DNA of 54,068 nucleotides, taken from the NCBI RefSeq assembly GCF_001194135.2, contig NC_068995.1:8920225-8974292 (forward strand), in the 5' to 3' direction. A program made the position numbers and the translations under genes. This document shows, piece by piece, positions 1 to 12,727 of this stretch (positions are counted from its first letter, which is position 1; each line of letters begins with the position of its first letter). A model generated the notes under the pieces. That model was not told the DNA's origin, did no database searches, and worked only from the letters and a program-made list of their open reading frames with translations. Source of the stretch: Octopus bimaculoides. Taxonomy: Eukaryota.

Positions 1-1
1 T

Positions 2-106
2 GTTGCGTGTGATGCATTCAGAATTCAAAGGGAAGAGGGAGATACTCAGAGCTTCTTGGCTGACCCTCCAAAAGATATGCTAAACCACCGTCCCTGGATC
101 AATTGA
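2..106 (+). CDS. Possible C-terminal coding exon fragment of an unidentified gene running in from the left edge
   Basis: Frame from nt 2 reads VACDAFRIQREEGDTQSFLADPPKDMLNHRPWIN then TGA (104-106). Unique, higher-GC sequence. Only 34 codons and no recognised homology. Confidence 0.2.
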   Translation, partial: VACDAFRIQREEGDTQSFLADPPKDMLNHRPWIN

Positions 107-770
107 CCTAAGTGGCATTTAAATCTCAGATCGCTATTTTTTGGAACAAATATAACGAACCGTTTTATCAAACGCCTCCACGATATTCCCGATGTCACTG
201 TTTTATCATTAAACTGACAACAGTCAACTCTAAATTACATTCGATACCTCGGATTTTCATTACCTCTGAAAACACATCCACAGTTTTACTCGTCACCAGC
301 AAAGACCATCCTAAAAGTCATTATTTATGCAAGCAGAGCGGAAATCTTCCGGCGCTGAATTTGTCCTACGAAGGAACGATATTGGGTGCGTTATGAAACG
401 GAAATGAAGACAAATTTGAACACAGAACACATGAGCAGAGGACAAAATACCTCAAAAAAATAAATATCATCATTTTCCTCAGTCAGAGAGAGAGTATCCA
501 TATGTGTGTATTCAAAATATGTAAATAAAGTTCTTTGAAGGAACATAGTACATATGTTTCAATAATGGATACATTATACGTATATAGAATGAATATAGAG
601 AGTTTCCTCAGCAATTAAAATCTAAATAAATATTTAAAATTAAGAAAGACATAGTACTTGTTATTTCATGCTGAAGAATCCGACATACAGTTGACGCAAA
701 CATCTAAATAAAAAACATATCGAGAAAATACCACAAACAAAAAATGAATACGCATGTTTATGCTTGTGAG

Positions 771-771
<1 letters not shown>

Positions 772-846
<75 letters not shown>

Positions 847-852
847 CAGTGT
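772..852. repeat. Compound (TA)n(TG)n microsatellite, representative of dozens in the window
   Basis: Directly visible dinucleotide runs. Confidence 0.95.
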
Positions 853-1215
853 GTGCATACACGCATCACATATACAAAGAGGGGAAGCGGGCTTTGTATA
901 CAATAGACCATTGAAAATGAAACTTTTGCTATTGTAAAATTATATTTAGAACATTTGGTATAATGAGATTCAGCACAATAGCAGATGTTTAATAGAGTTT
1001 TCTTCGTATCGGTTTAATTGTTTACTTCATATCTTACAACTTAATTCCGTCATTTAATTGGATAAATACATACACGAAACCAGCTCACACACACACGCGC
1101 AAACACACACGTACAAACGCGCAAAAACCTATATGTTCAAACATATGTCAACATACACACATATATGTATGTATGTGTGTACATATATAAATATACATAC
1201 ACACACGCACACACA

Positions 1216-1259
<44 letters not shown>

Positions 1260-1451
1260 TATACATCTTTATACATGTGTGTACATTTACATATATGTGG
1301 AAGTTTAAGTATATAAACATGTAAATACATGTATGTATATATTCATTGCAATGTGCGTATACGTATACAGATATACAGAAATGCATTTGTTTATATATAT
1401 TCACGTATGTTACATATGTTCGTGTGTGAGTGTGTGTCTGTGGGTATGTGC

Positions 1452-1497
<46 letters not shown>

Positions 1498-2299
1498 CAT
1501 ATCCATCAACCAATCTATATCTGCATATATATTTATATATATATGCATACATGTGTGTGTGTGTAAATATATATATATACATATATGCATGTACACACAT
1601 GCACACTGACACACACACGTGCACGTGCGCGCAAAAAAACACACACAAACACACAGACACAAGAATATGCACATACATAATATTTATATACAATGATAAG
1701 TATTGGAAGAGATATGTTTCTTCAATTAATGGTTCGTTGTAAGTTATATCTTATGAAAATGTTTCAGCATTATAAAGGATATTTTGATTTGCAAAGAAAA
1801 ATTGAAATCTCATTTGTTATGATATTCAATTGATACGTTTAGAGAAATATCACATTTCTCAATAGATTCTTTGTATCCTAGTTTACTTTATAATCATACC
1901 CGTTTTAAACCTCTGTTGCCTAATTTCACTTGGGAGACGCCAGGATTGCTCAATGTACAGACAGATAGAATTGTGGATTATAAACATTCAGATTGAATAT
2001 GCCCTATATTTCAAAAACGACAATGCTAATAATACATGAATAATAACTGCATGTTTATTGTGATTTCTGAAAAGTATAAAAATATATTATATCACGTTGC
2101 AGACACCAAAACAAATTCATTGTTCGAAATTGTCTAGATGCATGTCAAATATTAATGTAGGTATAACAATGCTACATTGTTATACATACAATGAAATAAG
2201 AAATGCATTTAGCGCATGAGATAGAATGGCAGTTTGCATAAAGTTTGAAACATACCCCAGTGAAAATAATATAAATGTTATGGTATGTCGCTTCTTATA

Positions 2300-2507
2300 T
2301 ACTGCTTACTATGTGCACTAGGCTTACATAATGGGACGGTGGTTAGTTGATTATAGCTATCCAAGTACTCAACCGGTACTTATTGTATCGACTAGGAAAT
2401 GTTAAAAAGGAAAAGTCGTCCTTGACAAAATATTAAATCAGAGCGTAAAGCCGGAGGAAATGTGGTAAAGCATATTGTCCGGTGTGATGACCATTGAGAC
2501 AGCTCAA
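2300..2507 (-). mobile_element. tRNA-derived SINE, family 'A', degenerate copy
   Basis: Reverse complement gives GAGCTG...ATATGCTTTACCACATTTC...CTTTACGCTCTGATTTAATATT...GACGACTTTTCCTTT...GTCGATACAATAAGTACCGGTTGAGTACTTGG, collinear with the copies at 27.8, 28.0 and 36.9 kb. Confidence 0.7.
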
Positions 2508-2987
2508 CGACTTGAAGTCACTTTTGATATAGAATATTTTTTTATGAACGATAAAGAGAAACAGGTTTCAGAAGAAAATGTTAAGGATGAAGTAATAAGC
2601 AGGTAGACTCAACACAAATACGGAACGGAACATTGAAACAGAAATAAAGAACTTAGCAATTCTCAGAAAATCGGAAACATAAGATGAAAAATGTAAAGGC
2701 AGGCAGACGACATTGGCATGATCTATAGAAAACGAATAACAACTTCTAAGAAGAGAAAATGTAATATGGATTGAGTTGAGATCTGGCAAATGAAAAGTTG
2801 AAGCAATAAATTTTGCCTTAAGAAAAGATAAATAAAAAAAACAGTCAATAATTATTATAGCCTTCGTCGAGAGATTGGATTTGCTTCAATCTTTAAAGAC
2901 TTGCGTGTCCTATTACGAACGTAGAAATATGAGCGCATATAGAACGATAAAGTTTGGGATGTGCGAGAAAAATATTCATACCCACAG

Positions 2988-3018
<31 letters not shown>

Positions 3019-3700
3019 TGCTGATACATGCACACGTCTGTATCTGTATGTGTGTGAGTTTATATATATATACATACGTGGGCAATTTCCTCGGAGTGGT
3101 CCCTATGCCGCACATTTACGGCAGATCAATTTCTATATCACATACGCCCCCAAGCACGTTTTCGCGTCTTTGATGGAGCAATTAGTCGGTAAGCATCCCT
3201 TGATGCTAATTGTGGTAATAGTCTTCGACAACAATTTCCTATTGCCCCATCAAATAAGAAGATATGGAAAGAGTTTATATGAATTTAATAACAAATTACA
3301 ACTGTTTCTTTACTAGTTCTTATTTTACCATCAATTTACGCAAAACTTCCATTTGAAAAGTTATATAAAATTTAGGGTTTTAAATATTTGAGTGGCACTT
3401 GGTTAGACTTTCATCAAAGAGACGATTTTATCTGCAAACCAGAAACCCCAGACAGACGCAGAATGTCCATATTTGGACATCCTGTAAAAGAGTGTTTATT
3501 CAAACAAATTGATACAGTCCTTTGTTTTTTGTTTGTTTTTTCTTTAAGATTACATATTCTTGTCATCTCTTTTGCTGAACATCTGTGATATAAGGACGTA
3601 AATAAACTAACGTCGGTTGCCAAGCAGTGGGAGGCAAGCTACAAAGAGAAACATTGCTACACATACACGCACACAAACACACACATGCAAATATACACAT

Positions 3701-3870
3701 ATATATACAACAGGTTTCCACACAATTTCCATCTACGAAATTCAATCACGAAACATTGATCCTCCTTAGGGTATTGTAGAAAACACTTGCCTGAGTTGCC
3801 ACAGAGAGGAACTGAACTCAAAGCAAAGTTGATTCGAAGCAACCGTCTTACCCACGCAACAACACCAGCA
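3701..3870 (-). mobile_element. tRNA-derived SINE, family 'C-D', 5' (head) half, degenerate
   Basis: Minus strand has a tRNA-like head, a CORE-like GGCAAGTGTTTTC segment and GTAGATGGAAATTG...TATATAT. Similar to the copy at 23735-23866. Confidence 0.65.
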
Positions 3871-4456
3871 TCTCATATGCAAATATTCAGCGGGCGCTGA
3901 AGTCACGTTCAGGGATTCAAATTATGAGATTTTTAATAATATAATTTTATGAAATATATTTAAGTGTAGCTCACTTTTCCAATTCAATTCTACGTAGCTT
4001 TTTTTTTTTCCTATTTCCTTCGTTCTTTTTTTTTTCCTATTTCCTTCGTTCTTTTTTTTTTTATTCATTCTTCTTACATAATTCGTATCTTGAAATAGTT
4101 TACTAATGCTCAACCAGACAGACATTTGATAACTCTAAATATATTTGGTTTATCATAAATATGGCCACTGATAGAAAACTGCTCTCCATGTCTATATCGA
4201 TGATGTCAAGTAGAACAGATCATTACACATCTTTCTTAACTCTTCCTTTCTCTCACTCTCTCTCTTTTTCTCACTCATTCTCTCTCTCTCGCTCTCTCTC
4301 TCTTTCAACTAACATATATTTTATATGTATGTGCATATATACATAACCACTTCACACACACACACATATATGTATATATACACACATATATACATATGTA
4401 TATGATATATATACAGAGAGAGAGATATTATATATGTATATATATATTTTATATAT

Positions 4457-4526
<70 letters not shown>

Positions 4527-6134
4527 CATAAACACACATGTACACGCATACACGCACAAACACACACAGATAGAAAGATTGATACATAGGAACATGGATG
4601 TATTGATAGACAGACAGACAGGCAGACGGATAGATCGATAGATAGATAGATAGATAAAACTCCACGTCTGCTACTGCCGCCTTCGCTACAGGTGTACAAC
4701 CATCTTTATGACCATTAATATTATAGTCATTTCACATAAGCACACACAAGCACTTACTTATGCAAGAATATGTTTATTTCAACGAAGAAACAAATCTTCA
4801 TTTGCCGTTATAAAAGAAAAGAAGAAAGAAAAACAACTACTGCAAAATTGTAGAATACAGTGATAGAGTGATAGTGTGAGGAAAAGGAAAACGTAGTAAA
4901 AGATAGAGTGATTCGGATTGATAAAAATAAAGAGATAAAGTGACGGAGTGAGTGCGGGACAGATAATATTAAATATAGAAACTAAATTGTAATGTGTAAT
5001 GCAGATATTGAGGTATACAAGACGAGTGATATACAGAAAGAATGAGTTCTTGTAGAAGTAGTATAAAAATAGGAATACAAGAGCGAAAGAGATAGAGAGA
5101 TAGACAAAGAGAGAGAGGGGGGTGAAATCTAAGAAGAAATGTATATAAAACATCTTCGGAAAACTTTCGTTCAGTTTCAAATATTAAGTTTCTAGTTTTT
5201 TATCCGTAACAAAAGAGCAAAGAGCCATGTGACTGTTGTGTATGAATGTATGTGTAACTGTAAACATACATACATACATATGAAATCACACACACACACA
5301 TATACACAAAAATTCAAATGTATTTTTAAATACGTACATGCGTATATACATTGAAGTATATAAAAACACACACACACACATAGATGTCTTAATGTGTGTT
5401 AGTTTGTGTGTCTGTGTGTGAATGTATGTGTTCATATTCTTACGTGTATTTTTGTTCCTATGATATTTGGCACAAGACCACCTGTTGAGAGGACATTAAA
5501 CGAGAAACAAATCCCAAGAATAACGATGAATAACAGAAATCGTTTGTGAAGAGCAGGAAAGCAAATATGACGAAAGATTACATGATGATATACAATTGTC
5601 CTTCAAGAAACCTTACAAATACACGATTACTCTCGATTACCTTGACTGCAACGAGTTGTACCTTTATTTCCCAGTGTATCTCCTTTTATTCACCCATATA
5701 TATTACTCTCAACTGCCACACAGCAAAGTTATTACACTGCAACATTCTGATGTCATTCTCTTCACAGCTAACTCATTATCCATGAAACAAAATTGAAGAA
5801 ATCGATGAGGGTATGAATGGAGATGAAATTGTTCGTGGTCAGTTGCAATCTTGTTCACTATACAATGTCTCACGCCTTAGTCACCAACTAAAAAAAGAGC
5901 AACTGTTAACTATTCTCATCCAAAGTAAAGCAGCGTCTCGAGCTTGTCAATGGACTCACCTAATTTGGGAGTTAATTACACACCAGCTGTCTGAGATAGC
6001 AGTAGAAAAATGTCACCAATGGCATCCTCACTAAATTAGAACATGTAGATCGATTTCGTCTTTCGGTGTGTATTTAGGATTGCTTGGTTGCCGGTTAGCG
6101 GTTAGAGAGCCTCTCTACGCCTTTCCATACTCAC

Positions 6135-6402
6135 CGGACTGAGAGCCCTTTCGAACTGAGAAGACAATTAACCTTCGTCGATTTCCAGAAACTTTCCAAG
6201 AAGGAAATGTCGATGTACAACCGACTTTATTGTTTACTGTAAGCAACCGAGAAGTTTTGAGTGTTAGGCTCCGAGATTTTACGCTCACATCACTCTGAAC
6301 TGCGTACGCACTTAAAGATCCAAGCTTCGCAAATATTATAACTATGAAGCAGTGTCCAATGGTAGCGTGTGGATCAGGTATTTCTGTGGAGAACGCAGCC
6401 AT
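6135..6402 (-). CDS. Candidate first (coding or UTR) exon of an unidentified minus-strand gene
   Basis: ATG at 6402 (cctATGG) opens 89 codons, MAAFSTEIPDPHATIGHCFIVIIFAKLGSLSAYA..., ending at a consensus donor CG|GTGAGT (intron would start at 6134, phase 1). Repeat-free, GC-elevated island. No homology recognised. Confidence 0.3.
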
Positions 6403-6534
6403 AGGATCTAACGTTTCATGTTGAGATACAGTAAAACAATGTTTATCGGCAGAGGTTGAGGATACTGACTGATTTTCTCACGAAAGGAACGTTTATATTA
6501 GACGAGCTGCGGATACGCATACTCAACAGTCTGG

Positions 6535-6570
6535 CCAGAATAAGTCTGGCAAAGGACGCAAATTTATAAT
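6535..6570 (-). promoter_or_regulatory. Putative TATA box plus initiator-like element
   Basis: Minus strand TATAAAT (6568-6562) is followed about 26-28 nt later by TTATTCT (Inr-like), ~135 nt upstream of the ATG at 6402. Motif match only. Confidence 0.25.
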
Positions 6571-6770
6571 AGCCCTAAGAATCGCTCTACAGCCTTTCGA
6601 CGGCAGTTCTTTATACAGGCGTTTTTCCACAAATTGAAGTGTTCATGCACTTATAATTGTTTCCTAATGGTCAGAAACAAAGAAACTTATAAACTTAAAT
6701 ACATTCAAATACGCACACACCAACAAACACATGCTCGCGTGCCCACACACACAGACACACATGCAGGTGC

Positions 6771-6805
<35 letters not shown>

Positions 6806-9305
6806 TGGGATTGCACCTAGAAAGTTACCTTCTAAGGCACAAGTCCGGGCAAGGTTGTTTATGGAAGACCAGCAGTCGCCCATGCGTACCAGTGTGGTCA
6901 AATTTTCATTGATCATACTTATGCAATTGGCGTTTAGTGAAGTAGAGAGTTTCGCATTTGTACTTTCTTTTGACTCTTTTCCCATTGTGTATGCATATAC
7001 ACATATGTATATATATATATATATATGTGTGTGTGTCTGTCTGTGTGTGTCTGTGTGTCTATATTTGCAGGAAAAATACATGCAATTCTTTAAAATTAAT
7101 TTTTTAAGATATTATTAATTTTGTTATTCTCTGAAATGACTATTTAAAAAATTATAACAGAATAAATAATATAGGTGATCGCAGGCCCAAGGAAAGCATT
7201 GAATAGCTGAAGGATTAAAATTAATATTAATCAAAGGACTAACTAAATATGTCTGCCTGCTGGAAATGTCAGTCGAAACTCTTATTTAAATAGTGCTTTA
7301 AATAATAGTATTTGGCTGTTATTTCCAGCAGGCAGATATACTTAGTAATTCCTCTGATTAATTTTAATTTTAATCCTTCAGCTATATATATATATATNNN
7401 NNNNNNNNNNNNNNNNNNNNNNNNNNNNNNNNNNNNNNNNNNNNNNNNNNNNNNNNNNNNNNNNNNNNNNNNNNNNNNNNNNNNNNNNNNNNNNNNNNNN
7501 NNNNNNNNNNNNNNNNNNNNNNNNNNNNNNNNNNNNNNNNNNNNNNNNNNNNNNNNNNNNNNNNNNNNNNNNNNNNNNNNNNNNNNNNNNNNNNNNNNNN
7601 NNNNNNNNNNNNNNNNNNNNNNNNNNNNNNNNNNNNNNNNNNNNNNNNNNNNNNNNNNNNNNNNNNNNNNNNNNNNNNNNNNNNNNNNNNNNNNNNNNNN
7701 NNNNNNNNNNNNNNNNNNNNNNNNNNNNNNNNNNNNNNNNNNNNNNNNNNNNNNNNNNNNNNNNNNNNNNNNNNNNNNNNNNNNNNNNNNNNNNNNNTAT
7801 ATATATAAACACATATATATGTGTGTGTGTATTTATATACATACGCATATACAGGTGTTTATATATACCATATATAAGTGTGTATGTATGCGTGCATTCA
7901 TGTACATATACATAGATACATTAAAGTACATCTGCAACATGTGTGAAAGTGGTCTGTAGGTTATATATATGTATGTATGTGTGTGTGTGTGTATGTGATT
8001 GGGTGAGTGTGTGCATGTGTGTATATGCGTGTGTGTATATACGCATATACACTTACGCGTCGATTTGTAATCGCTGACGACGAAGATATATTGTGCTGCA
8101 CCGTAATGCATATTTGATTAAATTTGATGTTCATTTAATAGGTAAGTGGAAGAGAAAGAAGTAGGGAGTGAGAGAGAGAGAGAGAGAGACAGAGAAATAG
8201 TGAGACAGAGACAAATATAGGCAAAATGAAGTAGAGACAGAGAGACAGTGTGAGTGAGAGAGAGGGAGAGGCAGATGTTTTTGTGGAGTTGGATATCTCG
8301 ACACATTTGTATATCTCGCTATACAGGACATAATTGAAGACAAACATGATTGCTATTAAATAACGAGGAATAAACGTCATAGTATTCTGAATTCAACAGA
8401 TATTAGTGTTACTGGTAGAAACAGCTTTTTTTTTTCGCTGCTTCTATCAGTGCATCATTTTGTCTCGTCCGCTCTATTCCTATCTCTCTCCCCAGCTCTC
8501 TCACTCTCTGTCACTTTAATCTATCTATCTATCTATCTATCTAATTCTACTAGTTTAAAACGTATAGGTTGCCTGTTTTCTTCTCTCGTTTTTACCTCTT
8601 GTCTATTTTTTAACCGTTCATTTTCGTTTTTTTTTTCCTTTGCTTTTCTCATCATGTACAGTGTTTCTGTTTAGATTCGTGTCAACCATGTTTCCTCTTT
8701 GCCTAGGAGTCTATGAACATATATTTACACGCTCATACACATGGACACACATATGCACGCGCGCGCGCGCGCGCACACACACGTACTCACACACACACAG
8801 AAACACATACATACACATACACACATACACACACATACGTATANNNNNNNNNNNNNNNNNNNNNNNNNNNNNNNNNNNNNNNNNNNNNNNNNNNNNNNNN
8901 NNNNNNNNNNNNNNNNNNNNNNNNNNNNNNNNNNNNNNNNNNNNNNNNNNNNNNNNNNNNNNNNNNNNNNNNNNNNNNNNNNNNNNNNNNNNNNNNNNNN
9001 NNNNNNNNNNNNNNNNNNNNNNNNNNNNNNNNNNNNNNNNNNNNNNNNNNNNNNNNNNNNNNNNNNNNNNNNNNNNNNNNNNNNNNATATGTGTGTGTGT
9101 GTGTATGTTTATACATATGTATTTGTGTATATGTGCATATTGTATGTAAGTACATATATATTTGTATATATACATATATGTCTACATCTATTATCTATCT
9201 ATATTTTTATCTATATATCTATATATATACATTTGTGTCTCCATATTTATCATCATTATAATATTTATAAGAATAGATATTACTGTCGTTATCATCATCA
9301 TTATT

Positions 9306-9376
<71 letters not shown>
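9306..9376. repeat. (TAG)n trinucleotide microsatellite
   Basis: Perfect run visible; explains the poly-S/V/T ORFs. Confidence 0.95.
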
Positions 9377-9377
<1 letters not shown>

Positions 9378-10254
9378 AAAATATCTGCAGCTGTAGTTGT
9401 TAATGTTGTTGTTTCTCGTCTCGTTATCATTATTAATATTGTATATTTATTAATGTATAACAAGATGTAAGTTCTTGAGTTGTATTAAATTAACTGGTGT
9501 GGGCCTACGGCACTAATGTTATTGCATGCAAATGACAACCGTTTATTTCAATTTAACCCTTATAGTTTAACATCATGAAGAACATTTATTGAACTACATT
9601 GAATTATACAATAAAAAAAACAAAACAATTCTCTTAAAATAAAAGTGGTTGAACTAAACGAACTTCCTTTCCCTCATTACATTAGATGTCCCGTTGTGAA
9701 AGCCTCATTAGATACACATGAAGCAATACTATCACATAAATTTGGTTTTTCTGTGTAGATTCGGAAAGAGTTCTATGTATTTGTCAGTTATTTTCCATTA
9801 CTTGATTTTGTGTGAAAGCAAAATTGTAAGTAAACTCAGAAAGCGACACTCTTGGACGTACACTTTCTTACGCTCCACTGCATATAAAATATAGAGAGAA
9901 TACGATCAGAACCCGCCCCCTCCCCACCCCCACCCCCCAAAAAAGAGAATTATTTAACTATCATTCTCAATTGTATATGTGCTCAATTATTAAGAGTTAG
10001 CAAATTATTCTGTCGCTTCCATTCTTCGTGTGATTATTTTACCAGTTTTACGGGAACAAATGTAGGAACGTTATGTAGTTTCATAATTTTATTAGGAAGC
10101 GTAGTGATACATGTGTACGTATATGCCATTGTGTGCTTTGAGGCGATCGGGTGCAGCTCTTTTGATGCTGTTAATTTGACCCGACTGACTGGACATTCAG
10201 TTTCATTTGCTGGGGAGCTGAAATACGCGCAAGTAGATAAATTCTTAGCTAGCT

Positions 10255-10336
10255 GGCTAGGTAGGTAGGTAGGTAGATAGGTAGGTAGGTAGGTAGGTAG
10301 GTAGTTGGGTAGGTAGGTACCTACCTACCTACCTAC
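10255..10336. repeat. (TAGG)n abutting its own reverse complement (CCTA)n
   Basis: ...GGTAGGTAGGTA|CCTACCTACCTAC, with the inversion centred on GGTACC at 10316-10321. Confidence 0.9.
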
Positions 10337-10363
10337 GTAAATACGTACATACATACATATACA

Positions 10364-10853
10364 CTTTTTAGAAATAGGCAGTTACTCTATCGAGATTATA
10401 ACTTCAGGTTTACCCCTATAATTATTGGGGCCCTGGGATGTGTAACACACTGCCTAAATACCAATCTTGAGAAATTAGGCTTCTCAAAACCAGAGAGGAG
10501 AAAGTTAATTGAGAAAGGAGAAAGCTATTTATCACCGGAGCCGTAAAAATTTGTAAAATTTTCCACACGTATCTCATTTAAATATATGAGCATGTCTAGA
10601 TATGCAATTATATGCATGAGAATGCATACATAAAACAGAACATACACATCTGCTCACATACATACATACATACATACATACATACGTACATACATGCATA
10701 CATATATATATATATATATATATACATATATAAATACAAAAATACCCCGTTGCTGATGTTGAAATTCCAATGAAGGATCCTTGGAACTAGGTTAGAAACC
10801 GGTTCTTTCACTATTAGCAAGAAATCTTGAAATAAACTGAATAATGACATACA
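10364..10853 (+). mobile_element. 5'-truncated 3' end of an RLE-type (R4/Dong-like) non-LTR retrotransposon, (TACA)n-associated lineage
   Basis: Translation LFRNRQLLYRDYNFRFTPIIIGALGCVTHCLNTNLEKLGFSKPERRKLI, then (frameshifted) ITGAVKICKIFHTYLI* (stop 10579-10581). PIIIGALG is the C-terminal RLE-region motif. The ~270-nt 3' UTR ends in GACATACA. Confidence 0.75.
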
Positions 10854-11649
10854 ATATTTACGAGACATATATACATACAAGCGTACATTTACATATGGAA
10901 TATACTAAAATTTGAGTGACTTGTATAGTAACGAAATTCCACTTCCACTGTGAAGTTCATAACTGTTTGTGCGTGCTTGTAGGCGTGTGTGTATATGCAC
11001 TTATGCGTGTGTTTGTGTGTGTTGAGAGACTTTGAGAGAGAGAGAAAGAGAGATGTAATGAAAGAAGGAGGGAGTATGCCACAGCGAAAGAGAGAAAATT
11101 GAAAGAAAGTGATTTCGATAAACATAAGACATACAATTTAAAACACACTTTCAAAGTTAATCCGCCTATTTAGGCATAAGCGTTTTTTTTCCTTTCTGAG
11201 AAGAAAAATAAACAGTTACATCTCACAAAAGTCAACAGTTAGCTTTTCATCAGTCGCTCATACACATAAATCTATTTATCCTAATGCTGCATTGTAGTGC
11301 TTCTATTAATTGCTTAATTAATTTATGTGGAATGAGTGCATAGTTAGGGAAAATAGGTAGACCAATTTAATTACATCTGATTCTCTGAATAGAATAACTA
11401 GCTACAGGCAACTTATTTGATATAGGCATAATTCCGTAAAGATCTGTAAAAGATATTTTATAAAATGTAATAAACTTTAAAAATAGTGATCGCTCCTTCC
11501 TATTCACGAAAAAAAAATAATATTAAAATAATAATGAAGTCTATTGTCACGTCACAAAAACTACTTTTTATAATGTGTTTCAAAACGTATCTTTCCTGGA
11601 TACAAGAACATACCTGACATCACAATTTCCCACATTATATACGTGTGTG

Positions 11650-12036
11650 TTGTTTGTTGGCACTTTGTCGCTTACGACGTCGAGAGTTCCAGTTGATCCA
11701 ATCAACGGAACAGCCTGCTCGTGAAATTAACATGCAAGTGGCTGAGCACTCCACAGACACGTGTACCCTTAACGTAGTTCTCGGGGATACTCAGCGAGAC
11801 ACGGTGTGACAAGGCTGGTCCTTTGAATTACAGGTACAACAGAAATAGGAAGGTAGAGTGAGAAAAAGTTGTGGTGAAAGAGTACAGCAGGGTTCGCCAC
11901 CGTTCCCTGCCGGAGCCTCGTGGAGCTTTAGGTGTTTTCGCTCAATAAACACTCACAACGCCCGGTCTGGGAATCGAATCTGCGATCCTATGGCTGCGAG
12001 TCCGCTGCTCTAACCACTGGGCCATTGCGCCTCCAC
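11650..12036 (-). mobile_element. tRNA-derived SINE, family 'B', apparently full length
   Basis: Minus strand: GTGGAGGCGCAATGGCCCAGTGG (A box)...GATTCGATTCCC (B box), CTCGC loop (tRNA-Arg-like TCG), CT-rich body, tail ending GTGCCAACAAACAA. Further copies at 12.7, 23.5 and 38.7 kb. Confidence 0.9.
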
Positions 12037-12540
12037 ATACGTATGTGTGCACATCAAAAAAAAAAAAATTAATGTTCGTTTTCTGTCTTCGTTTCTCATT
12101 GTGTTTAACGTTTTTAGTGATGTCCTGTCCCCATATATGCTTGTATGTATACATATAGATGTCGGTACGTACATATATGTATGGATATATGCATATAATT
12201 ATATATGATTTATGTTATATACATGCATACTGATGCGGATTCTCTATATCTTATCTGTTAGTGGCAGAGTCAAGATTTGTACGACATTCCAAATTCTTCA
12301 TCTGAGATTCTTATGTCAATACATGCGCACACTTGAGTGTATGAATCGACAACTCAACCAATACACCAACTCAACACACAATTCATAAACACCAGGAACT
12401 CTCTTAAATCTAAAGGCTTGTCGCTTTGTTAGCGATCGTCTCGTACTCCCTCAAAAAGAACTTAAATAAAGGTCAAAGAAAAATCATACATACATGCATA
12501 CATACATACATACATGCATACATACATACATACATACATA

Positions 12541-12727
12541 GATAACGCTGAAGATCAGTGAAAAGGAGAACACCTGCGCTGAACTATTGAGAAATCTGCA
12601 GATACTTTATCCGGATTAGAAGTTTTTATTTATTATTAGGGCCCCGGGATATGTAATACACTGCCTAAATAACAATCTTGAGGAATTTGGCTTCTCAAAA
12701 CCAGAGAGGAGAAAACTAATTCGGAGA
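12541..12727 (+). mobile_element. Second fragment of the same RLE-type retrotransposon lineage
   Basis: Translation ITLKISEKENTCAELLRNLQILYPD*KFLFIIRAPGYVIHCLNNNLEEFGFSKPERRKLIRR. Nucleotides 12633-12720 closely match 10422-10510. It starts right after the (TACA)n tract at 12485-12540. Confidence 0.75.

Noticed and set aside
11950-12036. tRNA-like sequence with A/B boxes and TCG loop as a tRNA-Arg gene
   Set aside because: No complete acceptor stem, and it is fused to a multicopy SINE body, so it is a SINE head rather than a tRNA gene. The same applies to the other heads.
10422-12720. ~90-bp direct repeat 2.2 kb apart as LTR pair or local duplication
   Set aside because: Both copies are coding remnants of the same retrotransposon family with different boundaries.
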